Shown here: positions 11,961-25,100 of the stretch, in pieces
How the letters are laid out: each line of letters begins with the position of its first letter
Position numbering within the stretch: position 1 is the stretch's first letter
Origin: Mobula birostris
Lineage: Eukaryota
DNA: 64,000 bases
Assembly: GCF_030028105.1 (NCBI RefSeq)
Contig: NC_092371.1
Coordinates: 96,127,064 to 96,191,063, forward strand
Direction of reading: 5' to 3'
The notes under the pieces: generated by a model
The model's database searches: none
The model's input: the letters and a program-made list of their open reading frames with translations, nothing else
What the model was told of the DNA's origin: nothing
Translations under genes and position numbers: made by a program

Positions 11961-12879
11961 TAACCTATGCTCTACTAACGTCAAGCTCACCGTCTGTAAT
12001 TGCCAAGCTTATTCTTGAGTGTTTCCTGAACAACGGAAGAAAATTAGCTACCCACCTATCCTCTGGCCTCTCATCTGAGGCTAAGGACATTTTAAATATG
12101 TTTGCTAAGTCCCTTGCACTTTCTCAACAGCCTCCCACAAGGTCCGAGAAAACTTCTTCAGCCCCTAGGGATATGTCCAACATAAGTTACCTCAAATAGT
12201 AAACCGACTCTTCTGTAACCCTCTTACGTCCATGAACACACTACTGTTTTGCCTCACTTAGTGTCCGTTTCTCGCGTAAATACAGATGTAACTCCACTAA
12301 TTACAGCCCTCCGGCCAGAATGAGTCCCTTCAACTACTATCCTCTGTCTTCGATGCGCAAATTGGTTCTGAATCCAAACAGCCAATTTGCCACGGACTCC
12401 ATGCTTCCTAATCTTCTGGGTTAGCTTCATATGACAGACTTTGTCGGAAGCCTTACTAAACCAGCATCCACTGCCCTACCCTCATCAATCTCTCTCTCGT
12501 AACCTTCTCGACAAACTCAATCAAGTTGGTAAGGCACGATCTACCATGCACAAAGCCATGCTGGCCTTTCCGAGTTAAGCTATGGGTTTCCAGATGCTCA
12601 TATATCTTATCCCTAAGCGTTTTCTCCCGCAATTTCCTACAGCTGACGTGAGGCTCTCCGGTTTACAGTCTCAAGGATTTTCCCTTGTTCCCTTCGTAAT
12701 TAGAGGTACAAAATTAGCCACTCACCACTCCTCTGGGACCTCATCTGTGGCTAACGAGGGCACAAAGATAATGGTCAAGGCCCCAGCCATTTCGTTTCCC
12801 GACTCCTTCAATAACCTGGGGCCCTATCTACCTTAATACTCATTAGGAGGCCTCACACATCCTCCTCCTTAACGTATTT

Positions 12880-14752
12880 GATTGGTAAGTTTATGGAGAA
12901 GATCCCTGAGACAGGATTTATGAATATTTGGAGAGGCATAATATGATTAGGAATACTCAGCGAAGCTTTGTGAAACGCAGGTCGTGCCTTACGCGACTGC
13001 TTGAATTTTTTGAGGATGTGACTAAACACATTGAAGAAGGCAGAGCAGTAGATGTAGTGTATATGAATTTCAGCAAGGCATTTGACAAGGTACCCCATGC
13101 AAGACTTATTGAGAAAGTAAGGAGGAATGAGATCCAAGGGGACATTGCTTTGTTGTTCCATAACTGGCTTGTCCACAGAAGGCAAAGAATGATTGTAGAC
13201 GGGTCATATTCTGCATAAAGGTCGGTCACCAGTGGTGTGCCTCAGGGATCTATCTGGGACGCCTACTCTTTGTGACTTTTATAAATGACCTGGATGAGGA
13301 AGTGGAGGGATGGGTTAGTAAATTTGCTGATGACACAAAGGTTGGGGATGTTGTGGATAGTGTGGAGGACCGTCAGTGGTTACAGCGGGATATTGATAGG
13401 ATGCACAGCTGGGCTGCGAAGTGGCAGATGGAGTTCAACCCAGATATGTGTGAGGTGGTTCATTTTGGTAGGTCAAATATGATGACAGAATATAGTATTA
13501 ATGGTAAGACCCTTGGCAGTGTGGAGCAGCAGAAGGATCTTGGGGTCCGAGTCCATAGGACACTCAAAGCTGCTGCGCCATGTGACTCTGTAGTTAAGAA
13601 AGCTTAAGGTACATTGGCTTTCATCAATCGTGGGTTTGAGCTTAGGAGCCGAGAGGCAATGTTGCAGCTATATAGGACCCTGGTCAGACCCCACTTGGAG
13701 TTCTATGCTCAGTTCTGGTCACCTCACTACATGAAGGATGTGCAAACCATAGAAAGGGTGCAAAGGAGATTTACAAGGATGTTGCATGGATTGGGGAGAA
13801 TGCCTTATGAGAATAGGTGTCAGGGCGCTGAAGCAGGGACCCAATCGCAGACCAAGTACTGTGCACACTGTGATATTTTCTGAGTAGCAAATCCAGAGGG
13901 GCAACAAAGTTGGTGTCAAAATTCAGGTGGAGATCAAAAATTCCAGAGAAATTCAAAAACCAGAATCAGGAAACAGGCAGAGTCGATATTCGGACGGACA
14001 GAGTTCAGATACGAATGCTGGAAAAGCTCAGGAAAACGCACTGGCACAGTTTGGCAACAAACAGGTGAAAACACAGGATTAAAATACACTGAGCAGTAAA
14101 CAGAGAGGCCGATGATAGGTGGAGAACAATGAGACACAGGTGGTAGCAAAACTGGTAAAAATGAGAAACAGGTGAAAAGTGGAGTATTCAGTAATACAGG
14201 GGCCGGAGTAGAGCAGGAGCGGGGACAGGAGCACTTGGGGCATGAAAACATACGCGAGCACATGGCAATATAAAACCACAGACTGACAGCTAGGGGGAAA
14301 ACACACAAAAAGACAAAGTTCAACTGGAGATACTGACAATAGGTTGACTGAACTCGGCCTTTTTTCCTTTGAGCGACGGAGGTTGAGGTGGCCTGATAGA
14401 GGTGTATAAGATGATGAGAGACATTGATCGTGTGGATAGTCAGGGTCATTTTCCCAGTGCTGAAATGGCTAGCACGAGAGGGCACAGTTTTAAGGTGCTT
14501 AGAAGAAGGTACAGAGGAGATGTCAAGGGTAAGTTTTTTTACGCAGAGCATGGTGAGTGCGTGGAATGGGCTACGGCGATGGTGGTGGAGGAGGATACGA
14601 TAGGGATTTTTAAGAGACTCCTGGACAGGTACGTGGAGCTCAGAGAAACAGAGGGTTTTGGGTAACCCTAGGTAATTTCTAAGGTAAGAACATGATCGGC
14701 ACAGCTTTTTGGGCCGAAGGACCTGTGTTGTGCTGTAGGTTTTCTGTGTTTC
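12880..14752 (+). mobile_element. 5'-truncated CR1 LINE (RT + 3' tail), interrupted by a solo LTR
   Basis: [32 protein letters not shown] motifs; absent from paralog A (3640-3660 is contiguous). Confidence 0.9.
13818..14338. mobile_element. Solo LTR nested in CR1, 5-bp TSD ATAGG
   Basis: TGTCAG...CTGACA termini; ATAGG at 13813-13817 and 14339-14343; removal restores CR1 text GAGAATAGGTTGACTGAACTCGG. Confidence 0.9.
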
Positions 14753-17474
14753 TATATTTACACTCAGCACTTTATTATTTTGAAAAGATGGTTTCCTTTT
14801 TGCACTTTTGCGTACATGTAATCTTCTGTTGCACCTCGCTAGGTTCCGACGTCATATTCGTACGACAATCAAAATGAATGTCAGATGCTGGAAATCTAAA
14901 GCAAAAACAGAACATGCTGGAGACACGGCAGCTCAAACAGGGTCTGTGGAAGGCGAAATTAGAGTTTGCGTTTCAGATACCAAACCTGCCATCAGGAATT
15001 CTGATCAATTGAATTGCCTCTTCTTATACCTAGGCTCCCTGCCTTGTTGACTGTTCCCAGGATTTTCTATGCTCAAGTTTAGCTGCACCTTTACTGTTCC
15101 GAGCATGCCGTTCGGCATTTCGCAATGAACCGCGGTTGATCCTCTGTCTTGACAATACTTGTACGATGCGGGGACATGCTTATCTTGAGGAAGATCCGCG
15201 AAGGATTTCCCATTTATTCATGTTAGCTGACTTAATCTAAGCTCTTGTATTCACCCACACCTCTCCTTGCCCGTGTTCCTGGGCATCTGTGTAGCGCAGC
15301 GGTCAGCGCAACGCTGCAAAAATTAAACAATTAAACTAATGTTTTAAATAAAATTAGTTGCTGAAACAAATCGGGGAGTACCATAGTTCGGACTTCACTT
15401 TCGGCGTGTGTAAGAGATTGCTTGTTCTTCCCGTGAACGCGTGGGTTTCTTCCGGGTGCTCCGATTTCCTCCCACCGTTCAAAGACGTTCCCGTTACTAG
15501 GTGAATTGGTCATCGTAAATTCTCCTGGGATTAGGCTAGTTTGAAATAGGTAGGTTGCTCGACAGTGTGGCTTGTTGGACCAGAAGGGCCTGTTCCGTGC
15601 TGTATCTCTCAATAAATAAAAACCTGTGGTTGACCACCTTTCGCTTGATGGAGTATGCCATTCGTTTTCCATTCATCCCATGCCGGACATTTACTTTGTT
15701 CTCTCTGGCCTCCCTATCCTCTATACTTCAATCATTTATACTTTCTAATGAAAGGGTATTGAACTAAAATGTTAAGGGTTATACGGAAAGTTGTCTGAAA
15801 CAGCATTTGCTGTTTTGATTAAATATTTTTCGACGACATGCACTTGGTATTTCTTTCTAAAGTGACCATTTTCAAGCTTTGAGAAAGATTTTTTTTTGAA
15901 AAATATCTCCATACCGCCTAGTTTTCGTTGGAGTACTAAATATAGCGCTGCAAGATCCTGTAGTGTAGCAGAACTGAAAGGATGTCACCCAGCATTACAC
16001 TGCAGAATGTGCCTTGCATCTTCGGCAAGATTCAGCCCTTCTAAACATTGGAGGCACGGCTGCTTGTGGGGTGTAGGGAAAAAGATGATTTGTATAAAGA
16101 GAAAAATAAGCTTTTCAAATATTTTAACTATTCGTTTGTTTGTTTGTATGTTTCAAGAAATAATTTAATTAAAACGTTAGTTTAATTGTCTAATAACATG
16201 CTCCAATTTTAATATATCTTACAAACATGTCAATTATTTTAATCGCAGGACATTCGGTAGTGTATTAAAAGTAACTGGGCATTGGCTTCCTGAAAGCCGA
16301 ACGGCCAAACCAACAGCCCACAAGGAACATAGAACACAGAACGCAGAATAGTACAGCACAGTACAGGCCTTTCGGCCCACCCTTAAACCCTGCCTCCAAT
16401 ATAACCTCCCCCCACCTTAAATTCCTCCATATACCTGTCTAGTAGTGTCTTAAATGTCTCTTAAAGGAAGACAAATGCTGTTTAACTCTTTCTCAGGAGA
16501 GAATGTGCGTACACAAATGGCAACGTCATTGTGGAGTTTAACTATCGCTACTGAAAAAGACCATAAGACATACGAGCAGAATTAGGCCATCTGGCCCATG
16601 GATGGAGGGATGGAGATTTCATCAAAAACATGGAGAGATTTCATCAACTATTCATACACTAGTTCCAGAATCGCCATTTGTGAAGAGATCGCGTAGTCGG
16701 GCCCTGTTTTATCTAGAATTTACGAGAATGAGGGGAGGTCGCGGTCAAATTTAAAACTCAAACAAATCTTAACATGCCGAAAGAAGAGAAGATACTTTCC
16801 TAGATGAGGAGACCACAATCATGTCTCCAGTTTCAGACTGAGAACTTGCTACTAGAAACAGAAGTGAGAAGGAATCAGGGTCTTTTGCCGGAATTCTGAG
16901 TTAGGGGCGTTACGTCATGTTCCCAGAAATGGCACCTCGACACAGCCTGCTCCGCACGCAACCACGCTCACTTAATGTCCTGTCGATGGTGTAATTCTGC
17001 AGCCTTTGGAGGCATCGTCATTAAATTCATTCATACAACCACGGATTTCTCAATATTAAGGCAAAGGGCAGGAACGTGTCGCCGACGTCGAATATCAACC
17101 AGAACTTGTAAATGTCTGAAAATGTTAAGAGGACAGAATGTTTTATTCCTCTTCCCAGTTTTATGGTTAATATCCGATACAACGAGGGCACGGCATCAGC
17201 TGCCCCTCCTCTGATTATATTCGACGGCTGGCATGCAAGATATACAGGCTGCCAGAAGAATATAATTTCACTTTTTTGTAACAAAAGATTCCAGGTTACA
17301 TTTAGAAAGTGAAAGTTGTTTTTTCCCTGCCATAATGTAAAGTACAACTGTAGGAAAGGCGCTTAAAAGTCGACGGTAGGAAAACCGCTTCCAAATAGAA
17401 AGGGTATAATCGTGGAACGTTGCTGTGCCCGACCGGAAATAACTGTGCGCACCCATCCGCCCGGCTCCCCTTTT

Positions 17475-17485
17475 ACGCAGCCTGA
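17475..17485 (-). pseudogene. Terminal remnant (SGCV codons) of a second copy of the divergent IgL C exon
   Basis: ACGCAGCCTGA identical to 7061-7071, at the end of the collinear 3'-flank block; homology stops at a Penelope fragment. Confidence 0.7.
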
Positions 17486-17496
17486 AGGAAGAGCTA

Positions 17497-17630
17497 ATAG
17501 TTTCAAATCTCTTACTAGCTCTTCCTTCAGTTATTCCTGACGAAGGATCTCGGCCCGAAATGTCGACTGTACCTCTTCCTAGAGATGCTGCCTGGCCTGC
17601 TGCGTTCAGCAGCAACTTTGATGTGTGTTA
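17497..17630 (-). mobile_element. Penelope-type terminal-repeat fragment
   Basis: GACGAAGG.TCTCGGCCCGAAA.GTCGAC...GATGCTGCCTGGCCTGCTGCGTTCA, the reverse complement of the 54857-55002 insertion; Penelope assignment from recollection of elasmobranch repeats. Confidence 0.65.
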
Positions 17631-18611
17631 CATCAGCATTATGTGCAATGCTGTATGACGTGAGCGATCACGGTATTATCTATGAAATGGATGTTCTTCT
17701 CAATTTTTTTCCCACAGAAGTGGTTTGACATTAACTTCTCCTGGGCAGTATCTTTTCAAGTCGAGTAAACACAACCATTGTCAATACTCTTCAGAGATTG
17801 TCTGCCTGGCGTCAGTGGTCGCATAACCAGGACTTGTGATATGTAACAGCTTCTCATACGACCACACACCGCCTGCTCGCCTGCTTCACGTGACATTGAT
17901 CCTGGGCTAAGCAGGTGTGACACACTACCTTAGGATGACCCACCGGCTAGCGGTGGGATGGAGCGCCTTACACCTCCTTAGGTACAGACGTATCTTCACC
18001 CCGCCACGGCTATATACATTATATCGTATCAGGCACCTGTGGTTACAAAAACATGTAATACACCATACTGGCCTAAGGTTGGCAGAATTTATAATGAACC
18101 AGCCTCGGCACCAGCTTAATCGTTTGATTCGCTTTCCATTATTCACAACACGCAATAAGCTCTCTGGTCGGTTCAATACCTTTATCAATTTTCCTCCTGA
18201 ATATCTTCAGGAATGTGAATGATTTGGGTGCTCCTGGAAAACAGGCTTTCTAAAATCATTGTAAACCCTTTATAACTGTTTGGCAGTGAGTTTTCTAAAA
18301 GTATACAGACAATTGGCTTGGACTTTATTAAAAACCCTACAGATCAGTTAATGACTGCCAATATTTTTTTGTTCATCTCTTGCTTTCGAAAATCTCGAAC
18401 ACACCATCTTTAATGATGGTGCGAGCTTCGCCTATTTGAAATATAGTGTGCAACTGAATGGACAAGAAGACGTGCTCTTTATCTAAAACACATTGGCGAA
18501 ATACACAACTCGAAATACATAGCTTATCTGGCTAACTACTTGAAATTAATTTGAGACAGGAAAAAATTAGCAACTTGTGATTGGTGTCAAGGTGTCACTC
18601 CGTTTGAACTG

Positions 18612-18624
18612 ATTTGCATAAATA
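18612..18624 (+). promoter_or_regulatory. Ig promoter octamer ATTTGCAT with adjoining TAAATA (cluster 1)
   Basis: ATTTGCAT at 18612-18619, 117 bp upstream of the leader ATG; same spacing in cluster 2; the octamer is the canonical IgL promoter element. Confidence 0.9.
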
Positions 18625-18728
18625 GGGAACACGCGCTGCCACCTCGTCAGAGGATTCAAAAGCGAGCTGAACAGTTCAGACGCCACTTAACCGCGGCACC
18701 TGGTGTGAGCTTCACTCAATTAATTACA

Positions 18729-18767
18729 ATGTCTTGGTGGATTCGTATGGTCAGTACGCTGGTGTTC
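18729..18767 (+). pseudogene. IGL: IgL leader exon (cluster 1), splice donor deleted
   Basis: ATG-SWWIRMVSTLVF, then 22 bp missing relative to cluster 2 (including GTGAGT); unspliced read-through reaches TGA at ~18837. Confidence 0.9.
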
Positions 18768-18880
18768 CATGGACATTATATTGAATCTCGAATACCGTTC
18801 AACGATATTCTACTCGCACTTCTGGTATTACTCGAATGATTAATCTCGGTACATTGTTTCTTCCCTCTGAATGTTTCGAG

Positions 18881-19225
18881 ATATCAACGCGGAAATTGCA
18901 ATGAATCACCCACCTTCGAAATCCACGTCTCCAGGGCAGAACGTGCAAATACCCTGCACCTTGTCTGGAACCTCTTTAGGAAGTAGCATTGTTTCCTGGT
19001 ACCAGCAGATTCCCGGAAAAGTTCCTCGGTATCTGTTTTACTATTATTCGGGGAGCAGCGTTAACAGAGGCTCCGGAGTTCCGAACCGTTTCGACGGCTC
19101 GATATCAGGCAACACGGCAACATTGACAATATCGAGCGTCCAGTCGGAGGATGCGGCAGACTATTACTGTGCTGTGTGGAAAAATGCTTTAATCTTGGGC
19201 AAAGGAACGAGGCTGGCAATTGGCA
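18881..19225 (+). CDS. IGL: Germline-joined lambda-type VJ exon (cluster 1; open frame, probably non-functional)
   Basis: EIAMNHPPSKSTSPGQNVQIPC...WYQQ...EDAADYYCAVWKNALILGKGTRLAIG; no RSS between V and J; donor GTAAGT at 19226; acceptor weakened to GAG; FGxG is LGKG. Confidence 0.93.
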
Positions 19226-21134
19226 GTAAGTAAAATATCAATTCAATGCGCTTAGCTTCTTGGTACTTACCTGAACAAGAATTAAATTTCTGTCGTTTCA
19301 TGGTTGCTTCGAAACAAAAGGTGGCATTTTTCAGATGTCCAACCACGAGTAACGCACCTTTGTCAATTTAGTTGAACATGCGCGCCTGAAGCGCTAAATG
19401 CCCCTCTGTTTTTTTTTAATTGGCGCTGGCTTTGTTGAAGATGAACTAATAATTTTTAAACCAGGTGTAGAATTAGTCCAAACGTTATTAAATGAGATTA
19501 ATCCTGCATTGCCGAATTTTGATTACATCAATGGTTTTGCTGGGGGGATCCACCTTTGCTTATGACACCACTTGCTGCTGATGCCCATCAGAACCATAGG
19601 ATAACTGCTAGCCACTGATCACTGAACCTTTGAGGGTTCTTTAAAATCATAAACTTGAATAGATGAAGAAAGATAGATAATGAAGGTGACTGGTTCCAAA
19701 GCAAGAAGCTATAATCTTTATGAATTTTCCACAGTATCTGGTTAGCTCCGTCTCGCTGAACATTTTTTATCTGATTTTTTTAAATCATCTGACACCCTGT
19801 GCAAGTTATTTGTTTGTCTCCTTACATTTTCTAAAAATAACAGAACTGCTACCATATTTACAACCTGGCACATGGATGATGATAAACACGGCAGTTAATG
19901 GAAATTCTTTAAGTGCCCGGAGAAACCGAATGGCAACAACAACGGATCTATTAGTCCATCAATTCTAGGGAAACTCTTTGAGATGTTACTGAGTAGACTA
20001 ACTGCTAGATTAATTATTGTATATTTAACTGTTTCTCATCGCCAGTTTGAGAAGTTAAAGGTATGTATTAAACCGCCAGGAGATGGTAAAACAATCCTTG
20101 AGTGTTTTGTTGTTTAGAATTAAATTTGAATTTGATTGAAATCTGAAACAAACTTGCGCCATGTAACACCACAACAAAGTTCGAAAATTAGCAGGTAGAT
20201 ACTAGAATGGAAATTTATTAGCAGACACCTTTTAGTATTTTATGTTTTCAACTGTTGGTATTACTTCTGTTTTAATTTGCAATGTCAATATGTGGAAGTA
20301 TAGAAGACAGTCTTTTCTGTCAATTGTGAAACTGAAATTGTGTGGTAATTTAAAATGCGTGTGGAAATAAACCTTCAAGACGACCAGAACTTTATCGTAG
20401 GATTTGAAGACATGCGTCGCTCAATGACTGGAGAGGTATATTGGCGAGTGTTAGGGCCTTGTGCTTTGGTTCTTGGTAGTGTCAAACCATGCCCAGTAGG
20501 TGAAAGGGTAAAGGCCAGACTAAGAGTGGCTTATTGGACATGCAGGATCCGGGGTTCAGTTCAGAGCTAACAGCCATGGCACGTCAAAGTTTGTTGCAGA
20601 AATAGCAGTGAAGAATCCTTCTATATCTGTTTGCGATGGCTTTGATAGGCAGAGATTGAAGATCTTAATTACTGACCTATACGACAGCGAAATAACGGCC
20701 ATTAAGTCAGTGGAATTAATCTATCATTAAAGTTTTCTGTGCACCAAAAATGGAACCACGGAACAGCGAGCGTTTCAACTTTACACGAGAAATATAAGTT
20801 AAAAATATGAAAGTTAACCACGTTGAGCCATATTCAGAGCCATATCAGATGAATGCATTTGCATTCCCTCTCTTTACCACCTAGGTCCTGAACATTGTAA
20901 GAAAGTGGTTTCCTCGCTGGTGAGTGTCAGGAGAAAGATCCGCTACACTCCACAAACCAGATTTGAATTACTTTCTTCAAGCAGAAAAATAATATTTCGG
21001 AAACAAAGCGTATAAGTTTCAACATGTATGTTAAACTTTCCAAAAGTCATTTACTATACAAGCAGCCTGTAATTTAATATTGTGCAAAGCGAAGGCTGTA
21101 TTCCGATGGCTAAGATGCATTAAATATACTATTC

Positions 21135-21215
21135 CAGGGATTCCCAACCTGGGGTCTACACATCCCTCTGGTAATGGCAGGGGTCCGTGGCATAAAAAAG
21201 GTTGAGAACCCGCTG
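21135..21215. mobile_element. hAT (Charlie-type) MITE in the J-C intron
   Basis: Termini CAGGGATTCCCAACC / GGTTGAGAACCCGCTG; degenerate 8-bp TSD TACTATTC / TGCTAATC with central TA. Confidence 0.7.
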
Positions 21216-21679
21216 TGCTAATCCCCGAGTTTAAGCAAAGCATGAATTAGACTTCCGTCTGTTGTCTTGATGACTGAAGATTTGAATGAAGAGAATCTGT
21301 CCATGGTAGAAGTAGAGACAGTTGGCTTAGGTGCAAAGGAAGCCAAAATTCTCAGTCAGGTATAACCTCAGATTTTTAGTCAACCTGAATCTAATAATGC
21401 AATGCTTGAGAGACCGATTAAAACCCGGGCCGAAATCGTTCATTTTACGCCACTGCACATATTGCGCTTAGGGTCACAAAAACACTTATCACGTGAGATT
21501 TCAGCTGGCATTTTTTTTTCACGACCAATTTAACATATTGAAACAGGTAAACGGAAGAGAGGTATTTATTCATTAAGGTGAATAAATGCATGAAATACCA
21601 AATGTATTTTAAACCAAAGCGATGTTTTAACAGAAACGGTTTCCCAACCTGTAGTAAACTAGCACCTTGTTTTAAACAG

Positions 21680-22002
21680 ATCCTCGGAGCCCCGCCGTCA
21701 CCGTCCTCCGGCCGTCAGCGGAAGAAATCACGGGAAAAGGCACAGTGACACTGGTGTGTTTGGTGAGATGTTTTAATCCGGGCGCTGTGAACATTGAGTG
21801 GACCGTGGACAGACGTACGAAAAGCGATGGCGTTGAAACGAGCCCTGTCCAACAGGAAACGGACAACACGTTCAGTGCGAGCAGTTACCTGACTCTGCCA
21901 GCCTCAGAATGGAGAACACACGAGCGTTACTCCTGTGTGGTTAAACACGAGGCTCTAGCAAACCCGTTTGAGGCAATGGTCGAGAGATCCATGTGTATCT
22001 AA
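21680..22002 (+). CDS. IGLC: Lambda-type (type II-like) IgL constant exon
   Basis: Acceptor TTTTAAACAG|AT, phase 1 matching the J donor; (N)PRSPAVTVLRPSAEEITGKGTVTLVCLVRCFNPGAVNIEW...SSYLTLPASEWRTHERYSCVVKHEALANPFEAMVERSMCI*; resembles shark type II lambda C as I recall it. Confidence 0.95.
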
Positions 22003-22058
22003 AACGATATTTCAAAATTAATCAAGATGAAAATCTTATTTTCTCCGTCTTTTTCTTC

Positions 22059-22064
22059 AATAAA
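22059..22064 (+). promoter_or_regulatory. Polyadenylation signal of the lambda C exon
   Basis: AATAAA 56 bp after the stop codon. Confidence 0.75.
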
Positions 22065-24207
22065 ATATATTTTGAAACATTATTATTTTGCAGATAAGTA
22101 TTTGAGCTCTGAGGCGTCATTTAAGTTTTATCAGTTTCAAAATGTCATTCCATTAGATTGGTAGCATTGTTAAGTGTATCTCCAATGCTAATTAATCTCA
22201 GTTAAATGCATCCCTAGATGTTTATCAAAATGATTCTGGCCTGAAGATTGCATTCTTGATTCTTGACAGACTGCTGATAATTTCGGCAGAGCTACCCAAT
22301 AACATTAACGATCCATTCTGATTTGCAACATAGTTTCATGACTTTTCTTTCGAGTGCAGAATAAAAGAAAAATATAATTTAAATCTCCCTTTAATGATAT
22401 TGCCTGTGTGTACTCACAGACACACAGTCATCTGTCATGAAGGAACACATTCAATTAAGGACGATTGACAAATATAGACGGGGCGGAATTGGTGGGTCTG
22501 GGACGATCCTCAGATTGTGTGAAGTGCAGCAGATTTTGTTTTCAGAATAAGTGCGTGTTTATGTGACTGAATATATAGCGCCCATATTCTAGGGCACTTA
22601 AATCAAAGGGAGGCAATGCCATCGATATACATAAAAAAAACCATTTTCGGCTTGAAAGTGAGATGCCGAGCTGAAGGCTGTAGCTTTCAGATAATAGGTT
22701 TGGGTATTCGGGGCTGAAAATAAAAGATAATATTCTTTTCAGGGTGTACCTTTAATCTGTAGTTTCTTTAGAAATTTTATCGGTGCCCAAGTAGATTGCG
22801 ATTGAAATATCTTTAAAAGTTTCAAAGGAGTCGAGACGTGACAGGAGACAGGAGACCGGAATTCTGGTCAGGATGCTTCTAATATTATTCTTTCGTATGT
22901 CCACAACTTGAACTTGCTAAAAAGTATAACAGGTGATAGTTATATTACATTGGAGTATTTTTTTAAAAATCTCAATTTTAATTTCATTTAAACTGAAGGA
23001 GCAAGTTAATATTTTCCGACCCAGAAGAAAAAGGCAAAACAACCATGGTTATCAAGCTCTTCGTTTTCAATTCCAGTGAAATACACGAACTGTATATACC
23101 CACCTGAGAGCAAATTGGAACTGTAACTGCCAGTTCATTCAAACGCTCAAAACGTATAGGTACAGTTCTCGAACACTACTGCACTGAAGCAGGCACTTTG
23201 GCCCATATGGGCTGTGCTGAACTGTTACACGGACTGGCACCAGACCATTGTTCTCCATACTCTCCCATCCATGCACCTATCCAAATTACTCTTAAATGTT
23301 AAAATAGGACCCCCACCCAATCCTTTCGCTGGAAGCTCCTTCTGCACTCCCACCACACTCCAGGTAAAGATATTCCCCTCATGTTAAAATTAATCTTTTA
23401 ATCTTTCACCCATAACCCATGATCTCTAGTTCTAATTTCACCCAGCCTTAGTGGAAAAGCCCAGCTTGCATTTACCCTCTCCATGCCTCTCATAATTTTG
23501 TACACCTCCATCAAATCGTCACTCATTCTCCTTTGCTCCAGGGAATACAGTCCAAATCTATTCAACTATTCCCTATAATTCAGGTTAAGTGTCAGTGACT
23601 TTCTTGTAAATTTTCTTTGCATTCTTTCAATCTTATTGATATCGTTCCTGTGGGCAGGTGACTAGATCAACATACAATACTCCAAGTAAGGCTTCGCGAA
23701 CGTCTTAAACAACTCGAGGTTTCATCCCAACTCCTGTGCACAATATTTACTTTGATCTACGAAGGCCAATATGCCAAAAGCTCTCTTTAGGCCCTATTTA
23801 CCTACGGCGATACTTTGAAGACATGATGGACCTGCATTCCTTCTGTTCTACCGTATTCCTCAGTGCCCTGCCGCTCACCGTGTAAGTCCAACCTGGTTTG
23901 CCCTCCCAAAGTGCAATACTCACCATCTGCCTTTTTCAGCCCATTTTTTCCATCTTCTCCAGATCCCGCTATAAGCTTTAATAGCCTTACTCGCGCCAAC
24001 TACGTCCCCAGTCTCGGTGTCATCCACAAACTTGATGACGTAGTTTAGCACATCATGATTCGGATCATTGATATAGATGATGAACAACAACAGACATAAT
24101 ACCCATCCCTGAGGTACACCACTGGCCACAGGCCTCCACTCAGAGAGGCAAACATCTACTAGCACTCTCTGGCGAGACCAATGTCTAATCCAAATTTCTA
24201 CCTTATA

Positions 24208-24430
24208 GAAACATAGAAACATAGAAAATAGGTGCAGGAGTAGGCCATTCGGCCCTTCGAGCCTGCACCGCCATTCATTATGATCATGGCTGATCATCCA
24301 ACTCAGAACCCCGCCCCAGCCTTCCCTCCATACCCCCTGATCCCCGTAGCCACAAGGGCCATATCTAACTCCCTCTTAAATATAGCCAATGAACTGGCCT
24401 CAACTGTTTCCTGTGGCAGAGAATTCCACA
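24208..24430 (-). mobile_element. Short CR1 3' fragment inserted in block Y
   Basis: (AAACATAG)n tail followed by GGCCATTCGGCCC; absent from the paralog at ~11712. Confidence 0.75.
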
Positions 24431-24699
24431 AAATGCCAAACGACTTAACCTTCATGACAACCTTCATTAACATTCATTACAGGGCCCAGTCATCGGCATT
24501 GCTCTACATAGTCCATGTAGCCAATATCCTCTGCTTTTCCTTCATCAACCCTTTTGATTACGTTCTGGAAAAACTGTATAAGATTGATTGGACATGTCCC
24601 AGCACGCACAAATCCATGTTGACTATTCCTAATCATTCTCTGTTTTTCTACAAATGCCTTTATATTTGATCCATTAGAATCCCTTACGATAACCTACAC

Positions 24700-25100
24700 A
24701 GTAGTAACATAGAAACATAGAAAACCCACGGCACAATGCAGGCCCTTCGGCCCACAATGCTGTGCCGATCATGTACTTACTTTATAAATTACCTCAGGTT
24801 TCCGATAGTCCTCTATTTTTCTTAGCTCCATGTACCTATCCAGCAGTATCTTAAAAGACCCTATCGTATCCGCCTCCACTATCGTCGCCGGCAGCCCATT
24901 CCACGCACTCACTTTTCTCTGCGTAAAAAAATTTTCCCCCGACAACTTCCCCTCTGTACCTACTTCCATGCACCTTAAAATTGTGCCCCCTCGTGTTAGC
25001 TATTTCAGCCCTGGGAAAAGCCTCTGACTATCGACACGTTCAATGCCTCTCATCATTTTATACACCTCGATCAGGTCACCTCTCATCCACCGCCACTCCA
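24700..25100 (-). mobile_element. CR1 3' fragment
   Basis: ACATAGAA tail; RMRGDLIEVYKMMRG motif on the minus strand. Confidence 0.8.

Larger units (their letters stand above)
17630..19345 (+). repeat. Promoter-leader-VJ duplication block, paralogous to 31412-33139
   Basis: Collinear over about 1.7 kb, including a shared upstream interspersed repeat, octamer, leader, intron and VJ. Confidence 0.95.
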
